Counted from the stretch's first letter, positions 38,824 to 49,136 are shown. The stretch is 64,000 nucleotides of DNA from Bacteroidota bacterium (GCA_023151185.1 JAKLJL010000002.1:582288-646287); one strand, 5' to 3'. Program-made: numbers and translations. Notes: generated by a model from the letters alone, not told the origin.

Positions 38824-39594
38824 ATGTCTGACACAGCAAAGGAAAAAAGTGAACTTGGTACTGCCGGGTTTCTGGAGCATCTGGAAGCTCTGCGGTGGAC
38901 CCTGGTCAAGGTTGCATTAGGACTTGTGGTTACAACCGCTGTTTCGGCCTATTTCATCGACTTTATTTTTGATGATGTCCTGCTCAGGCCATTAAAGCAA
39001 TTCACCCCTCCGGTCCATCTTCAAAATCTGAAACCCTACGGTCAGGTGGTTCTTTATCTGCAGGTCGCTTTATTTTCCGGATTAATTCTTGGAATTCCCT
39101 GGGTTTTGTTGCAAATCTGGAATTTTATCGCTCCGGCCCTGCATAAAAAGGAAGTGAAGTACATCAAATCAATTGTTGCTTTCAGTTCTCTTTGCTTTCT
39201 GCTCGGTGTTTCTTTCAGTTATTTCATTGTAATTCCCTATTCCGTAGCCTTCTTTTTGGGTTTCGGTTCCCCTATGATCGAAAACAACCTGGCAGCAGAT
39301 GAATATTTGACCTTTATTATCCAGATTTTACTTGCCGGGGGAGTTATTTTTGAATTGCCGATGGTGTCTTATTTTTTAAGCAAACTGGGAATTCTGACTC
39401 CTGCCTTTATGCAGCATTACCGCAGATATGCCTATTTCGCAGTCGTAGTACTGGCTGGGATTTTAACTCCACCCGATGTGATTTCTCAGGTTTTACTGGT
39501 AGTTCCCATGTTATTTCTCTATGAACTGTCTATTTATATTTCAGGTATCGTTCAAAAGAATAAACTCAAGAAAGAAAGAGCCGCCAGAAGTTGA
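38824..39594 (+). CDS. tatC: Twin-arginine translocase subunit TatC
   Basis: 256 aa with 6 TM helices. N-terminus FLEHLEALRWTLVK, typical of TatC. Confidence 0.8.
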   Translation: MSDTAKEKSELGTAGFLEHLEALRWTLVKVALGLVVTTAVSAYFIDFIFDDVLLRPLKQFTPPVHLQNLKPYGQVVLYLQVALFSGLILGIPWVLLQIWNFIAPALHKKEVKYIKSIVAFSSLCFLLGVSFSYFIVIPYSVAFFLGFGSPMIENNLAADEYLTFIIQILLAGGVIFELPMVSYFLSKLGILTPAFMQHYRRYAYFAVVVLAGILTPPDVISQVLLVVPMLFLYELSIYISGIVQKNKLKKERAARS

Positions 39595-40565
39595 AACCAA
39601 TTTCTGACATATTAAGACCCCTTGAAGATGATTTCCAGGTCTTTCACTCCCGGTTTTCTGATTATTTAAAGTCAGATACACCGTTATTGGACAAAATTCT
39701 GCAGTATATCCTCAGGCAGAAGGGGAAGCAGATTCGTCCTGCATTGGTCCTGCTGAGCTCTCATCTTACCGGCGGCATCAACGAAAAGTCCTACAGAGGA
39801 GCAATTCTGGTCGAATTGCTGCATACCGCCACTCTTGTTCATGATGATGTGGTTGATGATGCCGATATGAGAAGAAGCCTCCCGAGTGTCAATGCACTCT
39901 GGAAAAATAAAATTGCGGTCCTGATCGGCGACTACCTTCTTTCCAGAGGGCTATTGCTTTCCCTAAACAACCAGGATTTTTCTCAACTGGCCATATTGAG
40001 CCGTGCAGTTAAAGAAATGAGTGAGGGTGAACTTATTCAGATCGAAAAAAGCCGGCTTCTGAATACAACTGAAGAAATTTACTTTAAGATCATTCAGGGG
40101 AAAACTGCCAGTCTTATATCTTCCGGATGCGAAATTGGTGGCCTTAGCAATACTACTGATCCTGAAAAACTTCTGACACTGCGGAATATCGGTCATTATC
40201 TGGGTCTAGCCTTCCAGATAAGGGATGATGTGTTTGATTATATGATCAATGATGATGACATCGGGAAGCCAATTGGTCTGGACATTAAGGAAAAGAAATT
40301 GACACTTCCGCTGATTTATGCACTTGATCAAAGCAGTGAGAGTGAAAAAAAGGCAATAAAGAAATTGATTGAAAGTGGGAAGAAAGCTGCCGAATTTCTC
40401 GAAATTGTGGATTTTATCCGCCAAAAACGGGGAGTAGAGTACTCAAATCAGGTTGCCTATGACTATGCCGGGAAGGCAAAAGCTGAACTGATGAAATTCC
40501 CGGAAAGTGAATACCGGGCAGCATTCAGTGACCTTATTGATTTTGTCATCACCCGCACCCGTTAG
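39591..40565 (+). CDS. ispB: Polyprenyl diphosphate synthase (IspB/octaprenyl-diphosphate synthase-like)
   Basis: First DDxxD motif in LVHDDVVDDAD and second motif FQIRDDVFDY. TTG start with a 4-nt overlap with tatC. Confidence 0.8.
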   Translation: MKPISDILRPLEDDFQVFHSRFSDYLKSDTPLLDKILQYILRQKGKQIRPALVLLSSHLTGGINEKSYRGAILVELLHTATLVHDDVVDDADMRRSLPSVNALWKNKIAVLIGDYLLSRGLLLSLNNQDFSQLAILSRAVKEMSEGELIQIEKSRLLNTTEEIYFKIIQGKTASLISSGCEIGGLSNTTDPEKLLTLRNIGHYLGLAFQIRDDVFDYMINDDDIGKPIGLDIKEKKLTLPLIYALDQSSESEKKAIKKLIESGKKAAEFLEIVDFIRQKRGVEYSNQVAYDYAGKAKAELMKFPESEYRAAFSDLIDFVITRTR

Positions 40566-40570
40566 GCCTG

Positions 40571-42820
40571 CTAAAAAGAGTGACCAATTCCGATATAAAA
40601 ACTCATCTGACTGATAAACCCGCTGAAGTCGTTTAACCGGTAGGTATTGGGAATCCACCTTTCACCTGCCGGATTGGCAGGATCATAGGCTTTCCAGGCA
40701 AAATCAAGCCGGGCGGGCCCAATCGGAAGAAAATACCGAAGCCCAAAACCATAATCAACCGCAATTTCCTTCCAGAATGAACTGAAGGTAAATGCTCCCG
40801 GATTTCCTGAACGGCTCCACAGGTTGCCATAGTCGATAAACAAAGCATATCCCCAGGAGTCGCTCCATTTTTTTCTGTATTCCAGGGAACCTTCCAGTTT
40901 GATATCATAAAACCCTTCTGAACTTCCCGGCACGCTGCCAGGCCCCAGTGCGGTTGGGGCCCAGGCTCTCAGGCTTGTAATCCCACCGCCAAAAAAACGG
41001 TTCAGCGGGGGCGTCTCCCTTGAAACACCATACGGAAAAATATACCCGCCAAACAGTTTAATCGCAACCGTTTCGTTCTTACCTGCCGGGATGTACTGGC
41101 GGTGGTCAAAGTAAATCTTTGAGTATTGATAGTAATCCAGTCCAAAAATCCGGCCCGTGTTACCATTCGCAGATACTTTTTCGGTGCTTTTGTCAAACTG
41201 GCCTGCTATCAAGCGGGGTAGGATCCCTGATTCTTCGAAGGTAAATTCCTGAATTCCGCCATAGTTTTTCTCAATCACATCGGTGTTTGTCCATTGAACA
41301 GTCCACCTGAAAACACTGTTTAAATAGGGATCCTGAATAAAACGGGAACCCTGCGAGGTAAAATAGACCTTATCGGCCTTTACCCAGTTCAATTCCAGAA
41401 GGTCAATAAAACTTTTGGTGTAGGTTGCATGTTTCCATTGAACCCGAAAACCTGTACTCAGAACCGTCAGGTAATATTGCTGATAAACGTCATTACCCAG
41501 ACTGGCCCTTTTTGAAGCATGCTGCCCTCTGAAACCGAGCTGTGACCTGTTTCTTGTTCCCCAGAAATACGGAAAATTCAGGTCAATTCCCCCGTTCATG
41601 TTCCATTCACTGATCTGGGATTCAACACCGGTCCATTTTGCCGGAAGCTGAACTGATCCCCCGACACTGATTCTCAGGTTTTCTGCCGAATGGAAAATAT
41701 TTTTGTTGGAATAGATCAGATCTGAACCAAAGGATCCGTCACTCCGGCTGTCAATTCTGACTTCAGGTCTGATTTCATGCTTTGGTGACATTCTGAGCTG
41801 ATAATTTGGAAAAACCTGATAGCTATTGAATTCCGGCTGAAATACGACCGAATCAACCGACATTGTTACCGAATTAAACACACCGAGATCCGTCAGGTTT
41901 CTTATGGATGCCAGCCGGAGTTGGGGGGAGTATATCCGGTTTTGCTCCAGTTCAATGTGCCTGATCAGAATTCCAGGGTCGAGTTCCTTCAACTCCGTTG
42001 AGTGTATTTTAAATCCGTCTGATTTCAAAGTATCAGTCAGAACAGAATCCACACCGGTGCGGTTGGTATATATATACAGGTTTTGCCGGGCTGTCAGTGT
42101 CTTCAGGCTCGGGCGGATCTGGTATCGTACTGAGATTGCCGGGAAATGAGTGGTATCGGCAATCACAGAAATTGAATCCAGAGTGGTAAAAGAGTACCCC
42201 AGTTCAAGAATCGAATTCAGAATCCGGTTTCTTTCATCCCGGATGTCAAAAACCGAGTATCCCTGTCCTTCCGTCAGAATCTGATTTTTAGATACGGATT
42301 GAACCACTTCCTGTGCGGCATCATCAGGGAGCTCATAGGTTATTGATTTAATTTCTGCTCTCTGCTGTTCAGAAACTAAAAACCTGATCCGGATGCCACC
42401 AGGTGTAAATTGCGAGGCCGTATCAACTTTTACCCTGAAGAAACCAAAATACCGGTAATAGGTTTCGAGATAGGATTTATCATCTGCTAATGCAGTTTCC
42501 CAAAAATAGGCTGGCGGTTCACCAAAGTTATTTTTCAGGTAGTTTTTCAGATAGGCAAAAAAGGAAATTTTCGTATCCGGAAGCAACCAGTCGAAGGTTC
42601 GGTACCAAAACAGCCCGGGCTTAATAGACTGGGCAAGAAACCAGCTATTTTGTTTGGTTTGAACACCGTCTGCGAGATCAGGGACATTAAAAAACTGAAC
42701 TCCTTCAAAATCTACCCTCGAAATAAAAATCCGGGAATCCTGAGCAGGCTCAGTTTCGGTTTGCGCACTAACCAAACCCGTATAGGTAAGCAGAATAAGG
42801 AGGAGAAATCGGATGAGCAA
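40571..42820 (-). CDS. Omp85-family outer-membrane protein (BamA/TamA-like)
   Basis: 749 aa. Signal peptide, POTRA-like N-terminal repeats, a C-terminal barrel with surface-antigen motifs, ending ...YIGIGHSF. Confidence 0.7.
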   Translation of the reverse strand: MLIRFLLLILLTYTGLVSAQTETEPAQDSRIFISRVDFEGVQFFNVPDLADGVQTKQNSWFLAQSIKPGLFWYRTFDWLLPDTKISFFAYLKNYLKNNFGEPPAYFWETALADDKSYLETYYRYFGFFRVKVDTASQFTPGGIRIRFLVSEQQRAEIKSITYELPDDAAQEVVQSVSKNQILTEGQGYSVFDIRDERNRILNSILELGYSFTTLDSISVIADTTHFPAISVRYQIRPSLKTLTARQNLYIYTNRTGVDSVLTDTLKSDGFKIHSTELKELDPGILIRHIELEQNRIYSPQLRLASIRNLTDLGVFNSVTMSVDSVVFQPEFNSYQVFPNYQLRMSPKHEIRPEVRIDSRSDGSFGSDLIYSNKNIFHSAENLRISVGGSVQLPAKWTGVESQISEWNMNGGIDLNFPYFWGTRNRSQLGFRGQHASKRASLGNDVYQQYYLTVLSTGFRVQWKHATYTKSFIDLLELNWVKADKVYFTSQGSRFIQDPYLNSVFRWTVQWTNTDVIEKNYGGIQEFTFEESGILPRLIAGQFDKSTEKVSANGNTGRIFGLDYYQYSKIYFDHRQYIPAGKNETVAIKLFGGYIFPYGVSRETPPLNRFFGGGITSLRAWAPTALGPGSVPGSSEGFYDIKLEGSLEYRKKWSDSWGYALFIDYGNLWSRSGNPGAFTFSSFWKEIAVDYGFGLRYFLPIGPARLDFAWKAYDPANPAGERWIPNTYRLNDFSGFISQMSFYIGIGHSF

Positions 42821-42890
42821 AAGTCAGTTTGGGATGGAAGGGAAAACCCAGCCGGTGATTTTGACTTTCCCGGCCGGATTAAAACCCGGA

Positions 42891-43115
42891 TTAATATTCA
42901 TCTTCATCAGAATAGTAGAATTCACTGCTTGACGGGAAATCAGGCCAGATTTCTTCCATTCCTTCATATACTTCTTCATCATCTTCCAGACTTTGAAGGT
43001 TTTCTATCACTTCAAACGGGGCACCAGTCCGGTAAGAAAAGTCAATCAGCTCTGCTTTAGTACAAGGCCAGGGGGCATCATTCAAGTAATTTGCAAGTTC
43101 CAGAGTCCAATACAT
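42891..43115 (-). CDS. DUF2795 family small protein
   Basis: 74 aa. LANYLNDAPWPCTKAELIDFSYRTGAP matches the DUF2795 pattern. Confidence 0.55.
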   Translation of the reverse strand: MYWTLELANYLNDAPWPCTKAELIDFSYRTGAPFEVIENLQSLEDDEEVYEGMEEIWPDFPSSSEFYYSDEDEY

Positions 43116-43221
43116 TCACTACCTCATTGTTTCATTCAGTTTCGGGGGCTTCATTTTTGGCGCAAATGTACGATACGAAACCAGAAAAAGCAATGAAAAA
43201 ATTAACTTGGCCGAAAAGTTT

Positions 43222-44190
43222 TTAATCCAGGGTCGGACGGTCAATATCGCTCGAGTGAATGGCAATATTGTACTCGACCGGATCAAGGTCATCCAGGAAA
43301 TAGACCGAAGGATCCTGAGGGCGTCCCTGGTAGTGAACTTCGTAGTGGAGGTGAGGAGCAGTGGAAACACCCGTATTGCCAGAGTAGGCGATCACATCGC
43401 CGCGTTTAACCTTCTGGCCTTTTTTTACACTTACGCTTGAGAGGTGGGCATAATAGGTTTTCAGCGAGAATCCATGATTCAGGATCACCAGCCTGCCGAA
43501 TCCGGTTCTGGGATTCCCGCCGGAAAATTCAACAGTTCCGCTGCCCGTTGCATAGATCGGGGTTCCTCTTGGAATTGAAATATCAATACCCTGATGGGGA
43601 CGGCGGATTTTATAAATCGGGTGAATTCTGCTGCCAAACCCAGAACTCAGGCGTCCTTTGGCGGGTTTGATAGCCGGGAAATTTTCAAAATACAATTCGT
43701 TGACTTTGTATTGTTCAAGAATCTCTGTGTAGGAGTCTTTTTGGATTTTAAGCTGTCGGTCGATCTGATCCAGAGCAATCTGTGTCGAGGCCAGCATTTT
43801 ATCTACATCAATGTTTCCTGTAATCAGGTCACCGGTTAATTCAGATCCCCCGATCCCGGCTTGCCGGCTGTCAGAATCGATACCGGGTAAATCGACCAGA
43901 TTCCTGAGTTCCTCATCTTTGTTCGAAAGAGTTGAAACGACCCGGTTAAATGATGCAATTTTTTCAGCAAACTTTCCGATCTGAATCCGGAGAGATTCAT
44001 TTTCCACCTTTAGGGATTTGGAGTACTGGCTTTCAAGCTGATCTCCGAAGAAGTAAAGGGTTACAGTCGAAAGGATGGAAGAAACGAAAACAATCAGTCC
44101 AAACCAAAACAGGTAATGGGAAACGGGGTTTTTATCCTCCACCACTTTCAGAGTTACCGGGTCGATGGAGTATTTTTTAAAACCTTTCAT
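43222..44190 (-). CDS. M23 family peptidase with N-terminal TM helix and coiled-coil (EnvC/LytM-like murein hydrolase or activator)
   Basis: HQGIDISIPRGTPIYATGSGTV...HGFSLKTYYAHLS...GNTGVSTAPHLHYEV is the M23 HxxxD...HxH metal site. The N-terminal half is coiled-coil. Confidence 0.8.
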   Translation of the reverse strand: MKGFKKYSIDPVTLKVVEDKNPVSHYLFWFGLIVFVSSILSTVTLYFFGDQLESQYSKSLKVENESLRIQIGKFAEKIASFNRVVSTLSNKDEELRNLVDLPGIDSDSRQAGIGGSELTGDLITGNIDVDKMLASTQIALDQIDRQLKIQKDSYTEILEQYKVNELYFENFPAIKPAKGRLSSGFGSRIHPIYKIRRPHQGIDISIPRGTPIYATGSGTVEFSGGNPRTGFGRLVILNHGFSLKTYYAHLSSVSVKKGQKVKRGDVIAYSGNTGVSTAPHLHYEVHYQGRPQDPSVYFLDDLDPVEYNIAIHSSDIDRPTLD

Positions 44191-44424
44191 TCTTTCCTGT
44201 CAGGTTATTTGTAAGGGTAACGGGAATTTTATCAGGCAAAATTACACTCAAGCCAGACGGGGCACAAGAACGAGTCCGGTTTCCTAATGATTTTTTCAGG
44301 TTATCCTAAACCAAACCAACCAGACTACTTCTTTTATTTACAATGAGTTACAGGAAACCCGATTTGAGAGGACTCCCGGGGTGCGGTGAGTTAAATCACA
44401 CCCTCACAGGATTCACTTCCGGGT

Positions 44425-45456
44425 TTACTCAAAATCATGCTCAAAGTAGGGGGTAATTCTGTCCGGATCCTGCCCGGCCTTAACTTTTGATTTATTTTCA
44501 ATCGCCTGTTGCAGTTTTTCAGCAAAAACCTGAGCAGAGTCATAACCGTAATGCTTCAGAAGATGGTTCAGGGCAATGGTTTCGAGAATAACCGTTACAT
44601 TCTTTCCGGCATAAACCGCAAGTGAGATCAACGGAATGCGGACACCCAGAATTTCTGTGTACTCTCCATCGAGCCCCAGGCGGGTATATTCTTTATCCGG
44701 ATCCCAGTCATCGAGTTCAACGACGATTTCGACTCTTTTCTGGTACCGGATGGATCTGACCCCAAAAATGGACCGGATATCAAGAATACCGACGCCTCTG
44801 ATTTCCATAAAATGTTCCACCAGGTTATTGGAACTCCCGATCAGGATTTCCTCACCTTTTCGGGTAATCAGAACCACATCGTCAGAAACCAGCCGGTGTC
44901 CCCGTTCTACAAGATCCAAACCAACTTCACTTTTTCCGATCCCCGAACGCCCCACAATCAGGATTCCGATCCCGTAAACATCAACCAGAACCCCATGCAC
45001 AGATTGCTGGTGGCTGAACTGATCATCGAGGAAATCTGTGACCAGATAAATAAACTTGGAACTGTTATAGATAGTTTGGTAAACCGGAATTCCCTTTTCG
45101 CCACACATGGCAATCAGTTCAGGGGCAACACTGTTTTTATCTGCTTCGGTGACGACGATACAGGGAATATCATAGTTGAGCAGCAGCCGGAAGGAAGAAA
45201 TCTGTTCCTCGAGAGTGAGTGATTTCAGAAACCGGCATTCGGTATTCCCTAAAATCTGGACCCGGTGAAAGGTAAACAGATCGGTAAACCCAGCAAGCGC
45301 CAGACCGGGACGGTGAACTTCACGTTCTGTTATCAGTTTTTTTGATGCATCAACCCGGGTCAGTTCCTCAAGCGGAATTCTTAACCGGTTTTTCAGCATC
45401 CGGTAAAAAAAGTCAGCATTGATTTCCTGTTTTCTGATCAGCGGTCCAAGTTTCAT
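44425..45456 (-). CDS. hprK: HPr kinase/phosphorylase
   Basis: Walker A GILIVGRSGIGKSEVG. HprK family order and length, 343 aa. Confidence 0.85.
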   Translation of the reverse strand: MKLGPLIRKQEINADFFYRMLKNRLRIPLEELTRVDASKKLITEREVHRPGLALAGFTDLFTFHRVQILGNTECRFLKSLTLEEQISSFRLLLNYDIPCIVVTEADKNSVAPELIAMCGEKGIPVYQTIYNSSKFIYLVTDFLDDQFSHQQSVHGVLVDVYGIGILIVGRSGIGKSEVGLDLVERGHRLVSDDVVLITRKGEEILIGSSNNLVEHFMEIRGVGILDIRSIFGVRSIRYQKRVEIVVELDDWDPDKEYTRLGLDGEYTEILGVRIPLISLAVYAGKNVTVILETIALNHLLKHYGYDSAQVFAEKLQQAIENKSKVKAGQDPDRITPYFEHDFE

Positions 45457-45460
45457 TGAA

Positions 45461-45488
45461 TTAAAAAAGGCATCTTTTCAGATGCCTT
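45461..45488 (-). terminator. Rho-independent terminator-like hairpin downstream of hpf, immediately 5' of the hprK start
   Basis: On the minus strand: stem AAGGCATC/GATGCCTT, loop TGAAAA, then TTTTTTAA. It ends 5 nt before the hprK ATG. Confidence 0.5.
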
Positions 45489-45511
45489 CCTCCGGTAAAA
45501 GGGTTTCGGGC

Positions 45512-45820
45512 TTAATGGTCACGTTTTAGTTCTTTGTATTTTTTCAACTGCTTGATCAGGTCATCTACGGCTGCATCAATCGCCACTTCGAAATGTTCTG
45601 ATTTTTCGGTAGCCTTCATCAGCTGGTTAAACACGTTCACCTTGATTTCAACAATTTTGATGTGCTGTCCGTTTTGGGAATTATTCTTTTCGTAATCGAG
45701 AGTTACCGTGCAGTCAATGATGTTATCGTAATACTTTTCCAGTTTTGAGGTCGCATTCATAACATATTCTTTTAGTTCTTCTCTGGCATTGAAGTGTCGG
45801 GCAGTTAAAAACGTATTCAT
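45512..45820 (-). CDS. hpf: Ribosome hibernation promoting factor / RaiA family
   Basis: 102 aa. RaiA/YfiA-HPF short-form fold pattern (the motif quoted earlier could not be located in the protein). Confidence 0.8.
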   Translation of the reverse strand: MNTFLTARHFNAREELKEYVMNATSKLEKYYDNIIDCTVTLDYEKNNSQNGQHIKIVEIKVNVFNQLMKATEKSEHFEVAIDAAVDDLIKQLKKYKELKRDH

Positions 45821-45830
45821 AGGACCTCCA

Positions 45831-46721
45831 TCATGATTTTGCTTTCGGATGCGCCAGCTGATAAACCTGTTTCAGTCTTTCGATGCTGACATGGGTATAA
45901 ACCTGTGTGGTAGACAGTGACTCGTGACCTAAAAATTCCTTGACGGCCCTCAGATCTGCCCCATGATCAATCATGTGGGTTGCAAACGAGTGCCTGAGGA
46001 CGTGAGGTGATTTTTTAGGAATCTCGGTAACCTGCTCCAGATATTTTTTCACAATTCTCTGGACGGATGCGGCCGCAAGAGGTTTCATTTTCTGATTGAT
46101 AAACAGACTTCCAGCAGAAGAATTCAATTTTTCCCGTTCACTCATCCAGTTGCGGATCGCTGCAATGGCAGGTTTACCGACAGGAACAATCCGGTCTTTG
46201 GCACCCTTCCCGTGGACCTTTATTGTTGACCCGGAAAGGCTGATCTGGGCGCAGGAAAGAGCCGTCAGTTCTGAAAGCCGGATTCCGGTTGAGTAAAAAA
46301 GTTCAAGGATTGCCTTATCCCTGATTCCTTCCCATCCAGTGGTATCGGGTAAGGACATCACTTTTTCAATTTCGGTTTCAGTTAAAAACTGAGGAAGTCG
46401 TTTTTCGGGTTTGGGGAAAATTAACTGCAAAGCAATATTGTGAGAAACCGCCCCTGCCCTGCGGGCATAACGGAAAAAAGACCGGAGAACTGCAATTTTC
46501 CTCGAGACCGTTTTTTTGCTCAGATCCTGATCATACAGAACAGTGATAAAATATTTGAGATCGTTCCGGGTGACTTTTTTCAGGTCGGCTTCGTCATTAC
46601 CGTTTTGAATGAGGAAGGAATAAAATTGATCAAGATCAGTTTTATAGGCTGTCAGAGTAAGTTCTGAATAATTTCGTTCGATCCGGAGGTACTGGAGAAA
46701 TTTGGGGAGTAATTCGATCAT
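45831..46721 (-). CDS. xerD: Tyrosine site-specific recombinase XerC/XerD
   Basis: N-terminal SAM-like domain FLQYLRIERNYSELTLTAYKTDL. The C-terminal catalytic box has HVLRHSFATHM and LGHESLSTTQVYTHV (R-H-R-Y residues). Confidence 0.8.
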   Translation of the reverse strand: MIELLPKFLQYLRIERNYSELTLTAYKTDLDQFYSFLIQNGNDEADLKKVTRNDLKYFITVLYDQDLSKKTVSRKIAVLRSFFRYARRAGAVSHNIALQLIFPKPEKRLPQFLTETEIEKVMSLPDTTGWEGIRDKAILELFYSTGIRLSELTALSCAQISLSGSTIKVHGKGAKDRIVPVGKPAIAAIRNWMSEREKLNSSAGSLFINQKMKPLAAASVQRIVKKYLEQVTEIPKKSPHVLRHSFATHMIDHGADLRAVKEFLGHESLSTTQVYTHVSIERLKQVYQLAHPKAKS

Positions 46722-46841
46722 AATCCGGTCAGATTTTAGTTCAAGATAACCAAACCGGCGGGGGTTGTCAAGCCCCCTTATTGATTTCTAATTGTGGTTG
46801 TGAGGATACTCAAATAGCTGAAATAATTCAATTTACGGAGT

Positions 46842-49136
46842 TTATACTTTCCCTTCAGAATTGTCTTCAGATTCGGGTACTTCGGTTTTGTAACTACAGG
46901 CCGGACAGTACCGTGAGGTTCCGGCTTTGGTGACTTTATCCAGCAGGAATGGGTTTTGACAGGATGGACAGGTTTCGGCAACCGGGCGGTCCCAAAGTGC
47001 ATAATCACAGGCCGGATACCGGTTACAGCTAAAGAATATTTTCCCGCGTTTTGATTTTTTCTCTTCAATCTGCCCTTCCTTACATTTCGGACAGGGAATA
47101 AGCGGCTTCTTCTCGGTCTGAATATTTTCGGAGTATTTACAGGCCGGATAGGTTGAGCAGGAAATAAACTTGCCAAACCGCCCTTTTCTGAACACCAGGG
47201 GATTTCCGCAGGTGGGACAGTTTTCACCGGTGTATTCCGGACTGGCTTTTTCAGCTTTGTCTGTGCCCTGATCGTCGAGTGATTTGGCATTTTTACAGGC
47301 CGGAAAGTTGGAGCAGGCAAGGAATTTTCCGTTTTTGCCCCACCGGATTACCATCGGCGAGCCACATTTGTCACAAATGACATCGGTGGATTCAACAAGC
47401 TGCTTTTTAATTGAACTGACGTTGGATTTCAAGGATTCCAAAGTGTTCTGAAGCGGATGGTAAAATCCGTCAAGGACCTTCAGATAGGGTTTTTTGCCTT
47501 CGGCAATTTCATCAAGATTTTCTTCCATTCTGGCAGTAAAATCAAAACTGAAAATGTCTTTGAAGTTCTCAACCAGAATATCATTGACACTCAGCCCGAT
47601 GTCCGTGGCAAAAAATTTCCTTTCCTTCAGTTCTGCATATTTTCTTTCAACCAGAGTTGAAACAATTCCGGCATATGTTGAAGGTCTCCCGACACCATTG
47701 GCTTCAAGTTCTTTAACCAGGCTGGCTTCAGTAAACCGTGCCGGCGGCTTTGTAAAGTTTTGTTTGGAGATCAGTTTTGTCAGATCCGTTTTTTGTCCGG
47801 CGGCAAGTTCCTTCGGCAATTGAACTGAATCGTCGTCCTGATCAGAACTTTCTGTTTCCTTTTCTTCGGCGGAATCACCATAAACAGCAAGAAAACCGCT
47901 AAACCGGATGACCCGGCCTGTTGCTCTGAACGTGTAACTACCACCTGTAATATCAACAGTTGTCTGATCGAATACAGCAGATTCCATCTGGCTGGATACA
48001 AACCGGTTCCAGATCAGTTCATAAAGTTTAAACTGGTCGGGTGACAATGATTTTTTGATTGCCTTAGGTTCGTACTCCAAACTGGTAGGCCGTATTGCCT
48101 CGTGGGCATCCTGGGCTGATTTCTTGGTTTTATACACCCGGGGGGATGCGGGAACATACTCTTTCCCATAGGTTTCATGAATATAAACACGGGCCGACTG
48201 AATCGCCTGTTCGCTTACCCTTACCGAATCTGTTCTCATGTAGGTAATGAGCCCCACCGTTTCGCCGTTCTGCAGTTCAATTCCTTCATATAACTGCTGG
48301 GCGACCATCATGGTTTTCTTTGTATTGAACCGGAGCCGGGAAGACGCATCCTGCTGAAGCGTACTGGTAATAAAAGGTGCGCCCGGATTTCGTTTTACTT
48401 CCTTTTTTTCAACAGACGCAATCTGCCAGTTTTCTGCCCGGACTGCCTTTTCGTGGCTTTTCGCCTCTTCTTCGGTTTTAATTACGGGATCTTTTCCTGA
48501 AATTTTAAATAACCTTGCCGGAAAAGTGGCAGAGGAGGCTGTTTTAAACTGCCCTGTCAGAGTCCAGAATTCCTCGGGATTGAAGGCAGAAATAGCCCGC
48601 TCCCGCTCGGCAATTAACCTGAGGGCAACTGTTTGAACCCGGCCGGCAGAAAGTCCCTTGTAAATTGCTTTCCAGAGAAACGGACTGACCTGGTACCCGA
48701 CGATACGGTCCATCACCCGGCGGGCCTGCTGGGCCTCTACCATTTTATCGTCAATCGAAATCGGATTTTCAATTGAGTGTTTTACGGCTTCTTTGGTAAT
48801 CTCATGAAAAAGAACCCGGTGTATATTCTGGTTTTTCTTTTGAACAGCCTGTGCTATATGCCAGGCAATTGCCTCTCCCTCACGGTCAGGGTCAGTTGCA
48901 ATGAAAACCCTGTCGGTTTTACCCGCAAGATCAACCAGTTTTTTAATGACCTCATTCTTGCCCTTAATGGTTACATATTCTGGGGTGTATCCTTTTTCGA
49001 TATCAATCCCGAGTTTGCTTTCGGGAAGGTTTTTTATATGCCCGGCAGAAGATTCAATTACGTAATCTTTGCCCAGATATTTGGAAATAGTTTTTGCTTT
49101 TGTCGGAGACTCGACGATTACAAGAGATTTTGCCAT
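46842..49136 (-). CDS. topA: DNA topoisomerase I
   Basis: MAKSLVIVESPTKAKTISKYLG Toprim start, catalytic Tyr region, and a C-terminal run of Cys4 zinc ribbons. Confidence 0.95.
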   Translation of the reverse strand: MAKSLVIVESPTKAKTISKYLGKDYVIESSAGHIKNLPESKLGIDIEKGYTPEYVTIKGKNEVIKKLVDLAGKTDRVFIATDPDREGEAIAWHIAQAVQKKNQNIHRVLFHEITKEAVKHSIENPISIDDKMVEAQQARRVMDRIVGYQVSPFLWKAIYKGLSAGRVQTVALRLIAERERAISAFNPEEFWTLTGQFKTASSATFPARLFKISGKDPVIKTEEEAKSHEKAVRAENWQIASVEKKEVKRNPGAPFITSTLQQDASSRLRFNTKKTMMVAQQLYEGIELQNGETVGLITYMRTDSVRVSEQAIQSARVYIHETYGKEYVPASPRVYKTKKSAQDAHEAIRPTSLEYEPKAIKKSLSPDQFKLYELIWNRFVSSQMESAVFDQTTVDITGGSYTFRATGRVIRFSGFLAVYGDSAEEKETESSDQDDDSVQLPKELAAGQKTDLTKLISKQNFTKPPARFTEASLVKELEANGVGRPSTYAGIVSTLVERKYAELKERKFFATDIGLSVNDILVENFKDIFSFDFTARMEENLDEIAEGKKPYLKVLDGFYHPLQNTLESLKSNVSSIKKQLVESTDVICDKCGSPMVIRWGKNGKFLACSNFPACKNAKSLDDQGTDKAEKASPEYTGENCPTCGNPLVFRKGRFGKFISCSTYPACKYSENIQTEKKPLIPCPKCKEGQIEEKKSKRGKIFFSCNRYPACDYALWDRPVAETCPSCQNPFLLDKVTKAGTSRYCPACSYKTEVPESEDNSEGKV

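Noticed and set aside
44340-44424. GGTGCGGTGAG...CACACCC segment resembling an RNase P RNA core motif
   Set aside because: The noncoding gap is only 234 nt, too short for an RNase P RNA of 330-400 nt. The similarity is confined to a short GC-rich stretch. It is kept only as a generic structured-leader candidate.
45831-46721. Tyrosine recombinase as a possible phage or ICE integrase, i.e. a mobile-element marker
   Set aside because: The domain order and catalytic box match chromosomal XerC/XerD. The neighbours (hpf, hprK, topA) are housekeeping. No flanking tRNA, direct repeats or phage genes are visible.
46778-47320. 180-aa ORF on the minus strand overlapping the topA 3' region
   Set aside because: It lies entirely inside topA in another frame. 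It is Pro/Arg/Lys-rich, a low-complexity translation typical of spurious ORFs in GC-balanced coding DNA.
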